This document shows, in pieces, positions 1 through 8,819 of a stretch of DNA of 64,000 bases. This DNA is from Pseudomonadales bacterium (GTDB lineage: Bacteria > Pseudomonadota > Gammaproteobacteria > Pseudomonadales > Azotimanducaceae), in NCBI GenBank assembly GCA_041395905.1, contig JAWKZP010000011.1, positions 769 to 64,768 on the forward strand, in the 5' to 3' direction. Under the pieces are notes generated by a model. It was not told the DNA's origin. It did not search any database and saw only the letters and a program-made list of their open reading frames with translations. Each line of letters starts with the position of its first letter. The stretch's first letter is position 1. Made by a program: the position numbers and the translations under genes.

Positions 1-534
1 GACGAGGCGGACGTGGGCCAGGTCCGGGAGGGACAGAGCGCGACGTTCACGGTCGACGCCTATCCGGACCGCACCTTTCCGGCCCGCATCACCCAGGTCC
101 GATTCGCCCCGGAAGCGCAAAGCGGGGTGGTCACCTACGAGACCGTGCTCGAAGTCGACAATCGCGAGCTGCTGCTGCGTCCGGGCATGACCGCGACCGC
201 TGACGTGCTGGTGGCGCGGGTTCCGGACGCCCTGCTGGTGCCCAATGCGGCGTTGCGCTTTCAGCCGCCGGAGCTCGCGGCTGCGGCCGACTCGGGCGGG
301 AGCTTTTTCGGCCGCCTCATGCCGCGACCGCCACGGGCGAGCCGGCGCAGCGCGGCACCTGCGCAGGGTTCGCGCGGCGGCGACGGGCAGACGCTGTGGC
401 GGCTCGCAAACGGCTCAGCGGAGTCGCTGACGGTACGCACCGGCCTGAGTGACGGCGTGCGTACCGAAATCGTCGACGGCGCGCTCGCCGAGGGCGACGC
501 GGTGATCGTCGGCACCGGCCAGGGGAAGCCCTGA
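1..534 (+). CDS. Efflux periplasmic adaptor (HlyD/MacA-type membrane-fusion protein), C-terminal part; 5' end outside the window
   Basis: The frame is open from base 1. The translation ...GQSATFTVDAYPDRTFPARITQVRFAPEAQSGVVTYETVLEVDN...LRPGMTATADVLV is typical of HlyD-family adaptor C-termini. Its stop overlaps the next start (TGATG, 532-536). Confidence 0.85.
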   Translation, partial: DEADVGQVREGQSATFTVDAYPDRTFPARITQVRFAPEAQSGVVTYETVLEVDNRELLLRPGMTATADVLVARVPDALLVPNAALRFQPPELAAAADSGGSFFGRLMPRPPRASRRSAAPAQGSRGGDGQTLWRLANGSAESLTVRTGLSDGVRTEIVDGALAEGDAVIVGTGQGKP

Positions 535-1262
535 TGAGCACTGCGCCCGGCGCCGGCGATCTCCAGCAGCCGCTGGTCTCGCTGCGCGGCGTCACCAGAA
601 CCTATGGCAGCGGGCAGGCGCTCACCTGGGCCCTGCGCGGCGTGGATCTGGACATAGAGCGCGGCGACTTCGTCGCGGTGATGGGGCCCAGCGGCTCCGG
701 CAAGTCCACCTGCATGAACATGATCGGGTGCCTCGACACGCCCACCAGCGGACGCTACCGGTTTCAGGGCGTCGACGTGGGCAGACGGTCACGGGATCAA
801 CGGGCAATGCTGCGCCGCCGCCACCTGGGCTTCGTGTTTCAGGGCTACAACCTGCTCAACCGCACCACCGCGCTGGAAAACGTCGAGCTGCCGCTGCTCT
901 ACCAGGGCGTCGCGGCGGGCGAGCGCCACCAGCGTGCCCGGGAGGCGCTGTCCGAGGTGGGTCTGATCGGCTGGGAGGATCACACCCCGGGGGAGCTCTC
1001 CGGCGGTCAGATGCAGCGTGTCGCCATTGCCCGGGCCATGGTGACACGTCCCGCACTGCTGCTGGCCGACGAACCAACGGGCAATCTGGACAGCGCGCGC
1101 AGCCACGAGATCATGCAGCTCCTGGCGCGCCTGAACGACACGCAGCAGGTCACCATCGTCATGGTGACGCACGAGGCCGACATGGCCGAGTACGCCCATC
1201 GCACCGTGCACTTCCTGGACGGTCGCGTCGCCTCCGATCAACGCCGCCGGAGCGCAGCGTGA
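534..1262 (+). CDS. ABC transporter ATP-binding protein (MacB/LolD-type)
   Basis: Walker A GPSGSGKST, signature LSGGQMQRVAIARA and Walker B LLLADEPTGNLD are present. It is translationally coupled to both flanking genes. Confidence 0.93.
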   Translation: MSTAPGAGDLQQPLVSLRGVTRTYGSGQALTWALRGVDLDIERGDFVAVMGPSGSGKSTCMNMIGCLDTPTSGRYRFQGVDVGRRSRDQRAMLRRRHLGFVFQGYNLLNRTTALENVELPLLYQGVAAGERHQRAREALSEVGLIGWEDHTPGELSGGQMQRVAIARAMVTRPALLLADEPTGNLDSARSHEIMQLLARLNDTQQVTIVMVTHEADMAEYAHRTVHFLDGRVASDQRRRSAA

Positions 1263-2470
1263 GGCTCTGGAACGCCCTGCTGCTGGCGTTGCGGGAGATC
1301 CGCCGCAACGTGCTGCGCTCATCGCTGACGGTGCTCGGCATCATCATCGGCGTCGCGGCCGTCATCACCATGGTGACGGTGGGCGCCGGCGCTACGGCCG
1401 AGGTGTCGGCGCAGATTGCGAGCCTGGGCAGCAACATACTGATCGTGCGCCCGGGACAGGGTTTCGGACCGGGCCGCGGGGGAACGCGCGCACGACCGTT
1501 CGCTGCCGCGGACGCGGATGCCATCGCGCAGCAGGTACCCATGCTGCGGGCGGTCGCGCCCACCGCACAATCGGCGTCGCTCGCAATCTTCGGCAACCGC
1601 AACTGGCAGACCAGCGTGACCGGTACCACCAATGCGTACTTCGAAGCCGGCAACTGGAACCTCGCCGACGGACGGGTCTTCGCCGCGGCAGAGCTTCGCG
1701 CAGGACGTTCGGTGTGCATCATCGGCGAAACGACGCGGCGGCAGCTGTTCGGAACCCAGAATCCGGTGGGCAGCAAGATCCGCCTGAACAAGCTCGCGTG
1801 TCAGGTGGTCGGCCTGCTGCAAGCCAAGGGCCAGTCCGCCATGGGCACCGATCAGGACGACCTCGTCGTGCTGCCGCTGCGCACGTTCCAGCGCCGCGTA
1901 TCGGGCACCACCGACGTGAACGCGTTGATGGTGTCGGTCATAGACGGCGCCGACACATCGACCGTCCAGCAGGAGATCGAGCACCTGATGCGACAGCGTC
2001 GCCACATCAGCGTCGGTGAGGAGGACGATTTCAATGTGTTCGATACCAAACAGATCGCACAGACGCTCACCGGCACCACGCGGGTGCTGACCATGCTGCT
2101 CGGCTCCGTGGCGGGCGTGAGCCTGCTGGTCGGCGGCATCGGCATCATGAACATCATGCTGGTGTCGGTGACGGAGCGGACCCGCGAGATCGGCATCCGA
2201 CTGGCCATCGGGGCGCTGGAGCGCGAGGTGCTGCGGCAGTTTCTGGTGGAATCCGTGGTGCTGTCTTCGTTCGGCGGCGCCATCGGCATCGCTGTGGCCC
2301 TGGCACTGTCGGCCGCGATCACGAGCCTCATCGGCATTCCGCTGGTTCTGAACGCGGGCGTGATGCTGCTGGCGTTCCTGTTCTCCGCGGCCGTAGGCAT
2401 TCTGTTCGGGTACTTTCCGGCGCGCCGCGCTGCTAGGCTCGACCCCATCGCCGCGCTGCGACGCGAGTAG
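1259..2470 (+). CDS. ABC transporter permease, MacB/FtsX-type
   Basis: GTG at 1259 overlaps the upstream stop (GTGA). It has an N-terminal TM helix (LTVLGIIIGVAAVITMV), a large periplasmic loop and three C-terminal TM helices. The end ...FPARRAARLDPIAALRRE is typical of FtsX-domain permeases. The 728-1258 extension of the ORF overlaps the ATPase gene and is not used. Confidence 0.9.
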   Translation: MRLWNALLLALREIRRNVLRSSLTVLGIIIGVAAVITMVTVGAGATAEVSAQIASLGSNILIVRPGQGFGPGRGGTRARPFAAADADAIAQQVPMLRAVAPTAQSASLAIFGNRNWQTSVTGTTNAYFEAGNWNLADGRVFAAAELRAGRSVCIIGETTRRQLFGTQNPVGSKIRLNKLACQVVGLLQAKGQSAMGTDQDDLVVLPLRTFQRRVSGTTDVNALMVSVIDGADTSTVQQEIEHLMRQRRHISVGEEDDFNVFDTKQIAQTLTGTTRVLTMLLGSVAGVSLLVGGIGIMNIMLVSVTERTREIGIRLAIGALEREVLRQFLVESVVLSSFGGAIGIAVALALSAAITSLIGIPLVLNAGVMLLAFLFSAAVGILFGYFPARRAARLDPIAALRRE

Positions 2471-2491
2471 CCAGCCGCACCGGGAGCGCCC

Positions 2492-4381
2492 ATGGCCACG
2501 CCAGACGAATCATCCAGACCCGGACGGGCGGCCGTAGGGCTGGCCGTGCTCGGCATCGTCTACGGCGACATCGGCACCAGCCCCATCTACGCCCTGCGCG
2601 AGTGCTTCCGCGGCGTCTCGCGGGTCGCGATCACGCCGGACAACATCCTGGGGATCCTTTCGCTGATCTTCTGGGCGCTCATCCTGGTGATCTCCGTCAA
2701 GTACATGCTGTTCGTGCTGCGCGCCAACAACCGCGGCGAGGGCGGCATCTTCGCGCTGCTCGCCCTGCTGCGACCGGACAGGGGCCAGGGCAATCCGTCG
2801 CGCCGGGCGCTGATTCTGTTCGGCGTGTTCGGCGCCGGCCTGCTGTACGGCGGCACCATGCTCACGCCCGCGATTTCCGTGCTGAGCGCCGTGGAAGGTC
2901 TGGAGGTGGCCGCGCCGGGGCTCGAGCCGTACGTGCTGCCCGCCACCATCGGGATCCTGTTGGCCCTGTTCGCGCTGCAGAAACACGGCACCGCCCGAGT
3001 CGGCGCGCTGTTCGGCCCGATCATGGTGATCTGGTTCCTGGTGCTCGCTGCGCTGGGCATCGCCAGCATCGCGCAGCATCCCGAGGTACTCAAAGCCGTG
3101 GCACCGGGCTACGCGGTCGAGTTTCTGCTGCACAACCAGCTCGCTGGATTCCTGGCGCTCATCGGCGTTTTTCTGGTGGCCACAGGCGGCGAAGCGCTGT
3201 ACGCCGACCTCGGCCATTTCGGCCCGACCCCCATCCGGGTGGTCTGGTTCGCCTTCGTTCTGCCGTCGCTGCTGATGAACTACTTCGGCCAGGGCGCGCT
3301 GCTGCTCGACGACCCCCAGGGCGCGCAGCAGCCGTTTTTTCACCTGGCCCCGGACTGGGCGCTGCTGCCGCTGGTGGGGCTGTGCACGGCGGCCACCATC
3401 ATCGCATCCCAGGCAGTGATCACGGGCGCCTTCTCGCTCACCCGTCAGGCGCTGCAGCTGGGATTCGTGCCCCGCCTGCGCGTGCAGCAGACGTCCGAGC
3501 ATGCGCACGGGCAGATCTACATGCCCTGGGTGAACTGGTTGCTCATGAGCGCCGCGATAGCCCTGGTGCTGACCTTCGGCTCCTCGAGCAACCTGGCATC
3601 CGCCTACGGGGTCAGTGTCAACGCAACCATGCTGGTCACGACCATCCTCGCGTTCAACGTCGCCCGAGAGCGCGGCGGCTGGAGCCTGTGGAAGGCCGCG
3701 CCGCTGCTGCTGGTTTTTCTCACCATCGACCTCGGATTTCTGTCGGCGAACTCGGCCACCATTCCACATGGCGGCTGGTTCCCGGTGGCCATGGGCGCGG
3801 TGATCTTCACCCTGATCGTCACCTGGCGCCGCGGCAGCGAGCTGCTCATTCAGGGGTTCGAAGCCAACACCATCACGATCCAGACCCTGCTGGGGCGGCT
3901 GGAAAACGATCCGCCGCACCGGCTGCCCGGAACCGGCGTGTTCTTTACTGCGCGCGCCGAAGAGGTGCCCAGAGCCATGCTGCAGCTGCTACGCAACAGC
4001 CGCATGCTGCACGAGCAGGCGGTGATCGTGAACGTCACCGTAGTACGCGAGCCGCGCGTGCCGCCGGATGAGCGCATTCAGGTGCAGAGCTACGGCCAGG
4101 GCCTGTTTGCAGTGAACCTGCGCTACGGCTTCATGCAGGGGTTCAACATCCCTTCCGATCTGGCGCTGTGCGTCGATCGCGGCGAGCTGCCCATCGAGCT
4201 GAGCGACACGACCTACGTGGTCGGACGCACCTCGGTGATCGCCGATCGCAAGAAAGATGGAATGATGGCCTGGCGCGATCGCCTGTTCGCACTCATGGTT
4301 CGCAACACCATGCACGCCACATCCCTGTATCAGATCCCGTCGGACCGGGTGGTCGAGATCGGCTTTCAGGTGGGCATCTGA
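2492..4381 (+). CDS. kup: Potassium uptake transporter, KUP/HAK/KT family
   Basis: 629 aa. N-terminal GDIGTSPIYAL motif, about 12 hydrophobic segments and a C-terminal soluble domain, as in Kup. Confidence 0.93.
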   Translation: MATPDESSRPGRAAVGLAVLGIVYGDIGTSPIYALRECFRGVSRVAITPDNILGILSLIFWALILVISVKYMLFVLRANNRGEGGIFALLALLRPDRGQGNPSRRALILFGVFGAGLLYGGTMLTPAISVLSAVEGLEVAAPGLEPYVLPATIGILLALFALQKHGTARVGALFGPIMVIWFLVLAALGIASIAQHPEVLKAVAPGYAVEFLLHNQLAGFLALIGVFLVATGGEALYADLGHFGPTPIRVVWFAFVLPSLLMNYFGQGALLLDDPQGAQQPFFHLAPDWALLPLVGLCTAATIIASQAVITGAFSLTRQALQLGFVPRLRVQQTSEHAHGQIYMPWVNWLLMSAAIALVLTFGSSSNLASAYGVSVNATMLVTTILAFNVARERGGWSLWKAAPLLLVFLTIDLGFLSANSATIPHGGWFPVAMGAVIFTLIVTWRRGSELLIQGFEANTITIQTLLGRLENDPPHRLPGTGVFFTARAEEVPRAMLQLLRNSRMLHEQAVIVNVTVVREPRVPPDERIQVQSYGQGLFAVNLRYGFMQGFNIPSDLALCVDRGELPIELSDTTYVVGRTSVIADRKKDGMMAWRDRLFALMVRNTMHATSLYQIPSDRVVEIGFQVGI

Positions 4382-4454
4382 CCTATCATGAACGGACTGG
4401 CCCAGGCTTCTGCTGGCCAGCGACGGTGTTGATAATGCGCAGTTTCAAACAGGA

Positions 4455-5390
4455 GTGAAGGCATTGCTCGCGAACCAAGCACAACTGCTGAGGCTGCTGC
4501 TCGTGATCCTGGCGCTGTGCCCCGTTGCAGCAACCGCGACCGATCCGGGCGCCGCGGCTGCGCCCGCGGCCGACAAGCTGCAGCTGGCCTCCGTGCACGC
4601 GCTGGTGCTCGATCTCGAATCCGGCGAGACCCTGTACGCGAAACGCTCCGACGTGCCCGTTCCCATAGCGTCGATCACCAAGCTGATGACCGCGCTCGTG
4701 GCGCTCGACGCAGGACAGCCCCTGAACGAGTGGCTGCCGATTGTCGGCTGGGACCGGGATGTCGACAAGAACGCCTACTCACGCCTGCGCATCGGCTCCG
4801 AAGCGCGGCGCGCCGACCTCATACGTATCGCCCTCATGTCTTCCGAGAACCTGGCAACCAACGTGCTCGCGCACCACTACCCGGGCGGAGTCGACCGGTT
4901 CGTCGCGGCCATGAACGCCAAGGCCGAGTCTCTGGGGATGAGCCGAACGCACTTCGTCGATCCCGCGGGCCTGTCTCCGGAGAATCGCTCGACCGCCGCA
5001 GATCTGGGAAGAATGGTGCGCGCCGCATACGGCGACGACCATATCCGCGAGTACTCGACGAGCTACCAGTACACGGTGCAGTTCCGCAGTCCGCGCTACA
5101 CGCTGGGCTACGGCAATACCAACCCGCTGGTGGCGAGCAACCGCTGGGAGCTGGCTCTGAGCAAGACCGGGTATCTGAACGAGGCCGGCCGTTGCCTCAC
5201 CCTGATCACACGAATCGACAGCGATCCGGTCGCCATCGTGCTGCTGAACTCGTTCGGCAAGCGCACGCCGCTGGGTGATGCCGGTCGGATCCGCCGCTGG
5301 CTGACCACCGGCAGCGGCGGTGCGGTCGCCGCGCCGGCTCTGGATTACGAACGGCGCGTGGCGCGAACCCTCGAGGGGCGCGATATCTGA
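4455..5390 (+). CDS. pbpG: D-alanyl-D-alanine endopeptidase (PBP7-like class C penicillin-binding protein)
   Basis: Signal peptide plus SxxK (SITK), SxN (SSEN) and KTG (SKTGY) motifs. The start is GTG 4455, or more likely TTG 4464, which lies 8 nt after AGGAG (4451-4455). Confidence 0.88.
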   Translation: MKALLANQAQLLRLLLVILALCPVAATATDPGAAAAPAADKLQLASVHALVLDLESGETLYAKRSDVPVPIASITKLMTALVALDAGQPLNEWLPIVGWDRDVDKNAYSRLRIGSEARRADLIRIALMSSENLATNVLAHHYPGGVDRFVAAMNAKAESLGMSRTHFVDPAGLSPENRSTAADLGRMVRAAYGDDHIREYSTSYQYTVQFRSPRYTLGYGNTNPLVASNRWELALSKTGYLNEAGRCLTLITRIDSDPVAIVLLNSFGKRTPLGDAGRIRRWLTTGSGGAVAAPALDYERRVARTLEGRDI

Positions 5391-5403
5391 AAGCCGGCCG
5401 CCC

Positions 5404-5751
5404 TCAGTCGAGGTGCCGACGCCGACAGGCCTCGCGCAGCTCCAGCACTGCCACCGCGCTTTCGGTACCGGGCACATGCTCCAGGATGCAGATGTTGTAG
5501 GCGCCGCGGTCAGTCACCGATGGCGACGTATCCAGATGCAGCTCACGGCACGCCGTGGTGATCAGATGGCTGGCAACATCGAGCCTGGTGCCTTTCAGAT
5601 ACTCGAGCAGACATTCATCATATGCGGCCTGCCGATCCTTCTCCCGTTCCAGCGCCACGCATTGCGCGGCGACGGCGAGCAGCACGAGCGCAGCCAGCAC
5701 CGCGACGCTGCGCCGGCGCGCCGGCACAGCCCTGGAGACCCGGGTGCGCAT
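5404..5751 (-). CDS. Small exported Cys-containing hypothetical protein with an internal duplication
   Basis: ATG at 5751 followed by a signal-like segment (RRRSVAVLAALVLLAVAAQC). There are two copies of an AYxxC[LI]LE[YH]..GT...AC motif. The longer ORF upstream (to 6060) overlaps the yghU-like gene and is rejected. Confidence 0.5.
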   Translation of the reverse strand: MRTRVSRAVPARRRSVAVLAALVLLAVAAQCVALEREKDRQAAYDECLLEYLKGTRLDVASHLITTACRELHLDTSPSVTDRGAYNICILEHVPGTESAVAVLELREACRRRHLD

Positions 5752-5782
5752 TTCAGGACGCGGCCGCAGGGCGCGAGCGCAG

Positions 5783-6625
5783 CTAGTCGAGGTCACTGGC
5801 ATCGTGCCGTTCCGGCACCCGTTCCTGTTCCGGACCCCAGGTCCGGTTGACGCGCTGACCACGCTGCACCGCTGGCCGCTCGCGGATCTCTGAAGCCCAT
5901 CGGACCACATGGGTGTAGGACTCGACATCCAGAAACTCGCGGGCATTGTAGAGATTCGACAGCACCAGCGCGCCGTACCACGGGTAAACGGCGATATCGG
6001 CGATGTTGTAGTCGTCACCGCACAGGTAGCGGCGCGACGCCAGATTCCGATCGAGGACATCCAGCTGGCGTTTCACCTCCATGGCATAGCGGTTGATCGG
6101 GTACTCCCATTTCTCCGGCGCGTAGGCATAGAAGTGACCGAAGCCACCACCGAGGTAGGGGGCACTGCCCATCTGCCAGAACAGCCAGGACAGGCACTCG
6201 GCGCGCGCTGAGGGATCGTGGGGCAGCAGCGCATCGAACTTCTCGGCCAGATACACCAGGATCGCCCCGGACTCGAACACACGCGTCGGCGGTGACGTGC
6301 TCACGTCCAGCAGGGCGGGGATCTTCGAGTTCGGATTCACCGCCACGAAGCCGCTGCTGAACTGATCGCCCTGGCCGATGTTGATGAGCCAGGCATCGTA
6401 CTCCGCACCTTCTCTTCCCAGCGCGAGCAACTCCTCGAGCAGGATCGTGACCTTGACACCGTTCGGAGTCGCCAGCGAGTACAGCTGCAGCGGGTGCGTG
6501 CCGCGGGGCAGCTCCTTGTCATGCGTTGCGCCCGCGACGGGGCGATTGATGCTGGCGAACCTGCCGCCGCTTTCGGTATCCCAGGTCCAGACTCTGGGTG
6601 GCGTGTAGGACGAGCTGTCGGCCAT
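5783..6625 (-). CDS. yghU: Glutathione S-transferase, YghU-like (Nu class)
   Basis: From ATG 6625: MADSSSYTPPRVWTWDTESGGRFASINRPVAGATHDKELPRGTHPLQLYSLATPNGVKVTILLEELL..., the characteristic YghU N-terminus, at 280 aa. Confidence 0.88.
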   Translation of the reverse strand: MADSSSYTPPRVWTWDTESGGRFASINRPVAGATHDKELPRGTHPLQLYSLATPNGVKVTILLEELLALGREGAEYDAWLINIGQGDQFSSGFVAVNPNSKIPALLDVSTSPPTRVFESGAILVYLAEKFDALLPHDPSARAECLSWLFWQMGSAPYLGGGFGHFYAYAPEKWEYPINRYAMEVKRQLDVLDRNLASRRYLCGDDYNIADIAVYPWYGALVLSNLYNAREFLDVESYTHVVRWASEIRERPAVQRGQRVNRTWGPEQERVPERHDASDLD

Positions 6626-6761
6626 CGAAGCTCCTTGGGAATTCTGGAGGAATGTCAGTGTACGTCTTCCCAATCCCGCCGGGCCAGAACGGGATTGACG
6701 ATCCGCCGCGGGCACCCCGAACATGCCGACTTAGCGCTGGCCAACACGTCTACGATCGAGC

Positions 6762-7175
6762 ATGGCATCGCAACAACCTCTGTGTCCGTGCGGCAGCCTC
6801 CGACCCCGTGCGGCATGCTGCGAACCCATAATTGCGGGCAGCGAGCGCGCCGCCGACGCGCAAGCGCTGATGCGCGCCCGCTATACGGCCTTCGCCACCG
6901 GCAACGAAGCCTTTCTGCTCGCCAGCTGGCATCCGACCACCCGCCCCCGCGCCATCGAATTCGATCCGCGCCAGCGCTGGCTGGGGCTGAAGATCTTGCG
7001 CCACGAGGCGGGCACCGACGCAGACCGCAACGCCGTGGTGGAGTTCGTGGCGCGATTCAAGATCGCGGGCAGCGGCTATCGGCTGCACGAAGTCAGTCGC
7101 TTCGAGCGCGGCAACGACGGCTGGCTGTATATTGACGGCATCCGCGGCGCGACCGATTCGAGCCTGCGCGGTTGA
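6762..7175 (+). CDS. ychJ: YchJ family protein (SEC-C motif, UPF0225)
   Basis: N-terminal CPCGS...CC SEC-C-type metal motif, ARYTAF segment, about 137 aa. Confidence 0.8.
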   Translation: MASQQPLCPCGSLRPRAACCEPIIAGSERAADAQALMRARYTAFATGNEAFLLASWHPTTRPRAIEFDPRQRWLGLKILRHEAGTDADRNAVVEFVARFKIAGSGYRLHEVSRFERGNDGWLYIDGIRGATDSSLRG

Positions 7176-7209
7176 GCATTCGTTTACGGGCAGCACAAGG
7201 CACGAGCAC

Positions 7210-8364
7210 ATGCAGCAACTGAACATCCAATCACTGCTGGACAGCACCATCGACGCCTACGGCGCGCTCGACTTCGACCAGCGCGGCGCCGGCATCAGTC
7301 CGCGCCGACTGCCGGCCTGGACCCGTCTGCAGACGCCGTCCCTGATGGACGTGATCGTGCGGATGCCCTCCGGCGTGCGCCTGCGCTTCCGAACCGACAG
7401 CTCCCGGGTGGGCGTGACCTTTCTCGCCACCAACATGGTGACGCCACCGGCGGCAAGGCGGCCGATCGTGTTCAACCTCGAAGCCGATGGCATCGTTGCC
7501 GCCGCAACCTCCACCGCCGGCAACACGCTGGTGCTGGAGCCGCGCAATCCCGGCGCATTCGAACTGCGGCGCGGCGATGCCGATACGCTCTGGTTCGACC
7601 TGGGCGCCGGGCGCACCCGCGATTGCGAGTTGTGGCTGCCGCACAATGCGTTCGTCGAGCTGCGCTCGCTGCACGTGGACCCGGACGCCCAGGTGCTGCC
7701 GCCGGCCGCGGAGACGCGTCCGCGCTGGATCCACTACGGCAGCTCCATCAGTCATTGCATGGAAGCCGCGGAGCCCGCGCTCATCTGGCCCGCGGTCGCC
7801 GCCCGCCGCGCCGGGGTCGCGCTGCAGAATCTGGGCTTCGGCGGGCAGTGCCATCTCGACCAGTTCGTCGCGCGCACGATCCGCGCTGCCGAGGCGGACC
7901 TGATCAGCATCAAGACGGGCATCAACGTGATCAACATGGACTCCATGCGCGAGCGGGTGTTCACCCCGGCACTGCACGGATTCATCGACACGATTCGCGA
8001 GGGCAAGCCGGAGACGCCGCTGCTGATCATATCCCCGATCTTCTGCCCGAGCGCCGAGACGGCACCGGGGCCCACGTTGCCGGACGCGGCAGGGCGCTTC
8101 GTCACCATACCCGGGCACGAGGAAATCCGTGCCGGTTGCATGACCCTCGAGCGGGTCCGCGAGATCATCGCCGACGTGGTGGACAGGCGCCGCGCCGCGG
8201 GCGACCCCAATCTGCACTACCTGGACGGCCTCAGCCTGTTCGGCGTGGCGGATGCCGGCGACCTGCCGGACGATCTGCATCCCAACCCGGCCGGTTACGT
8301 GCGCATGGGCGAGCGCTTCGCGCCGGTGCTGCGACGTCTGCTGGATTCCCGGCCCAATGCCTGA
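7210..8364 (+). CDS. SGNH/GDSL-family hydrolase
   Basis: ATG 7210. Block I-like IHYGSSISHC and block V DDLHPNPAGY (DxxH). The N-terminal half is beta-rich. Confidence 0.7.
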   Translation: MQQLNIQSLLDSTIDAYGALDFDQRGAGISPRRLPAWTRLQTPSLMDVIVRMPSGVRLRFRTDSSRVGVTFLATNMVTPPAARRPIVFNLEADGIVAAATSTAGNTLVLEPRNPGAFELRRGDADTLWFDLGAGRTRDCELWLPHNAFVELRSLHVDPDAQVLPPAAETRPRWIHYGSSISHCMEAAEPALIWPAVAARRAGVALQNLGFGGQCHLDQFVARTIRAAEADLISIKTGINVINMDSMRERVFTPALHGFIDTIREGKPETPLLIISPIFCPSAETAPGPTLPDAAGRFVTIPGHEEIRAGCMTLERVREIIADVVDRRRAAGDPNLHYLDGLSLFGVADAGDLPDDLHPNPAGYVRMGERFAPVLRRLLDSRPNA

Positions 8365-8812
8365 CCAGGCTCACTTCAAGGCCGTTGCATCGTGCCGCGC
8401 GGCGCGCGACCTGCTGACCTTCGAGCCCGTTGCTCCCGAGATGCTCGGGGGTTGTCGACGGCGCTCGATGTACGTCTTCGTGCTCGATCACAGGCAGCGC
8501 CACGTCGCCGTCCCAGAGCGGTCGTTCGAGGCACACTACGATACCTTCGTTCTTACCCAGACGCGACGCAGCATCGAACAGGCCCGCCATCCGGTCCTGG
8601 CAGTGAGCTACGGTCGCGACGGCGCCGACACGCGGATCGGAACGCTCGCGGCGCGGGTCTACGAGCTGGGGTCGGTGCCGCCACCGGACGACATCGACGG
8701 ACAGTCGCCCAGCGTGGTGAGCTGGCATGATGAAGGCGTCTGCTTTCTGCTGGCGAGCAACGAACTGAGGTCGGCGCAGTTGCTGGACGTTGCACGCGAA
8801 CTCGTGGCTTAG
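8357..8812 (+). CDS. Hypothetical protein
   Basis: ATG 8357 overlaps the end of the upstream gene. High GC3, 151 aa, no motif I can name. Confidence 0.4.
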   Translation: MPDQAHFKAVASCRAARDLLTFEPVAPEMLGGCRRRSMYVFVLDHRQRHVAVPERSFEAHYDTFVLTQTRRSIEQARHPVLAVSYGRDGADTRIGTLAARVYELGSVPPPDDIDGQSPSVVSWHDEGVCFLLASNELRSAQLLDVARELVA

Positions 8813-8819
8813 CGATCGC

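Noticed and set aside
728-1258. Long N-terminal extension of the permease ORF (track ORF 728..2470).
   Set aside because: It lies entirely inside the ABC ATPase gene in another frame and is Arg/Pro/Gly-rich and non-protein-like. GTG 1259, coupled to the ATPase stop, gives a canonical FtsX-type N-terminus.
2510-3919. 469-aa ORF antisense to kup. Similar long antisense ORFs occur at 8790..10466, 14211..15362, 19746..21128, 22730..23785, 24914..27028, 27854..29491, 41197..42339 and 62159..63754.
   Set aside because: These are typical high-GC shadow ORFs. They are Arg/Gly/His/Pro-rich with no motifs or TM logic, and each is fully covered by a confidently recognised gene on the opposite strand.
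4397-4420. Hairpin CTGGCC-N12-GGCCAG after kup, as a rho-independent terminator.
   Set aside because: The stem is only 6 bp, there is no U-tract, and the next gene starts about 35-45 nt later. It is not convincing.
6671-6697. Perfect 8-bp inverted repeat CAATCCCG-N11-CGGGATTG in the yghU/ychJ divergent promoter, as an operator.
   Set aside because: It is a single short palindrome with no second copy and no adjacent regulator gene. That is too little evidence to call it a regulatory site.
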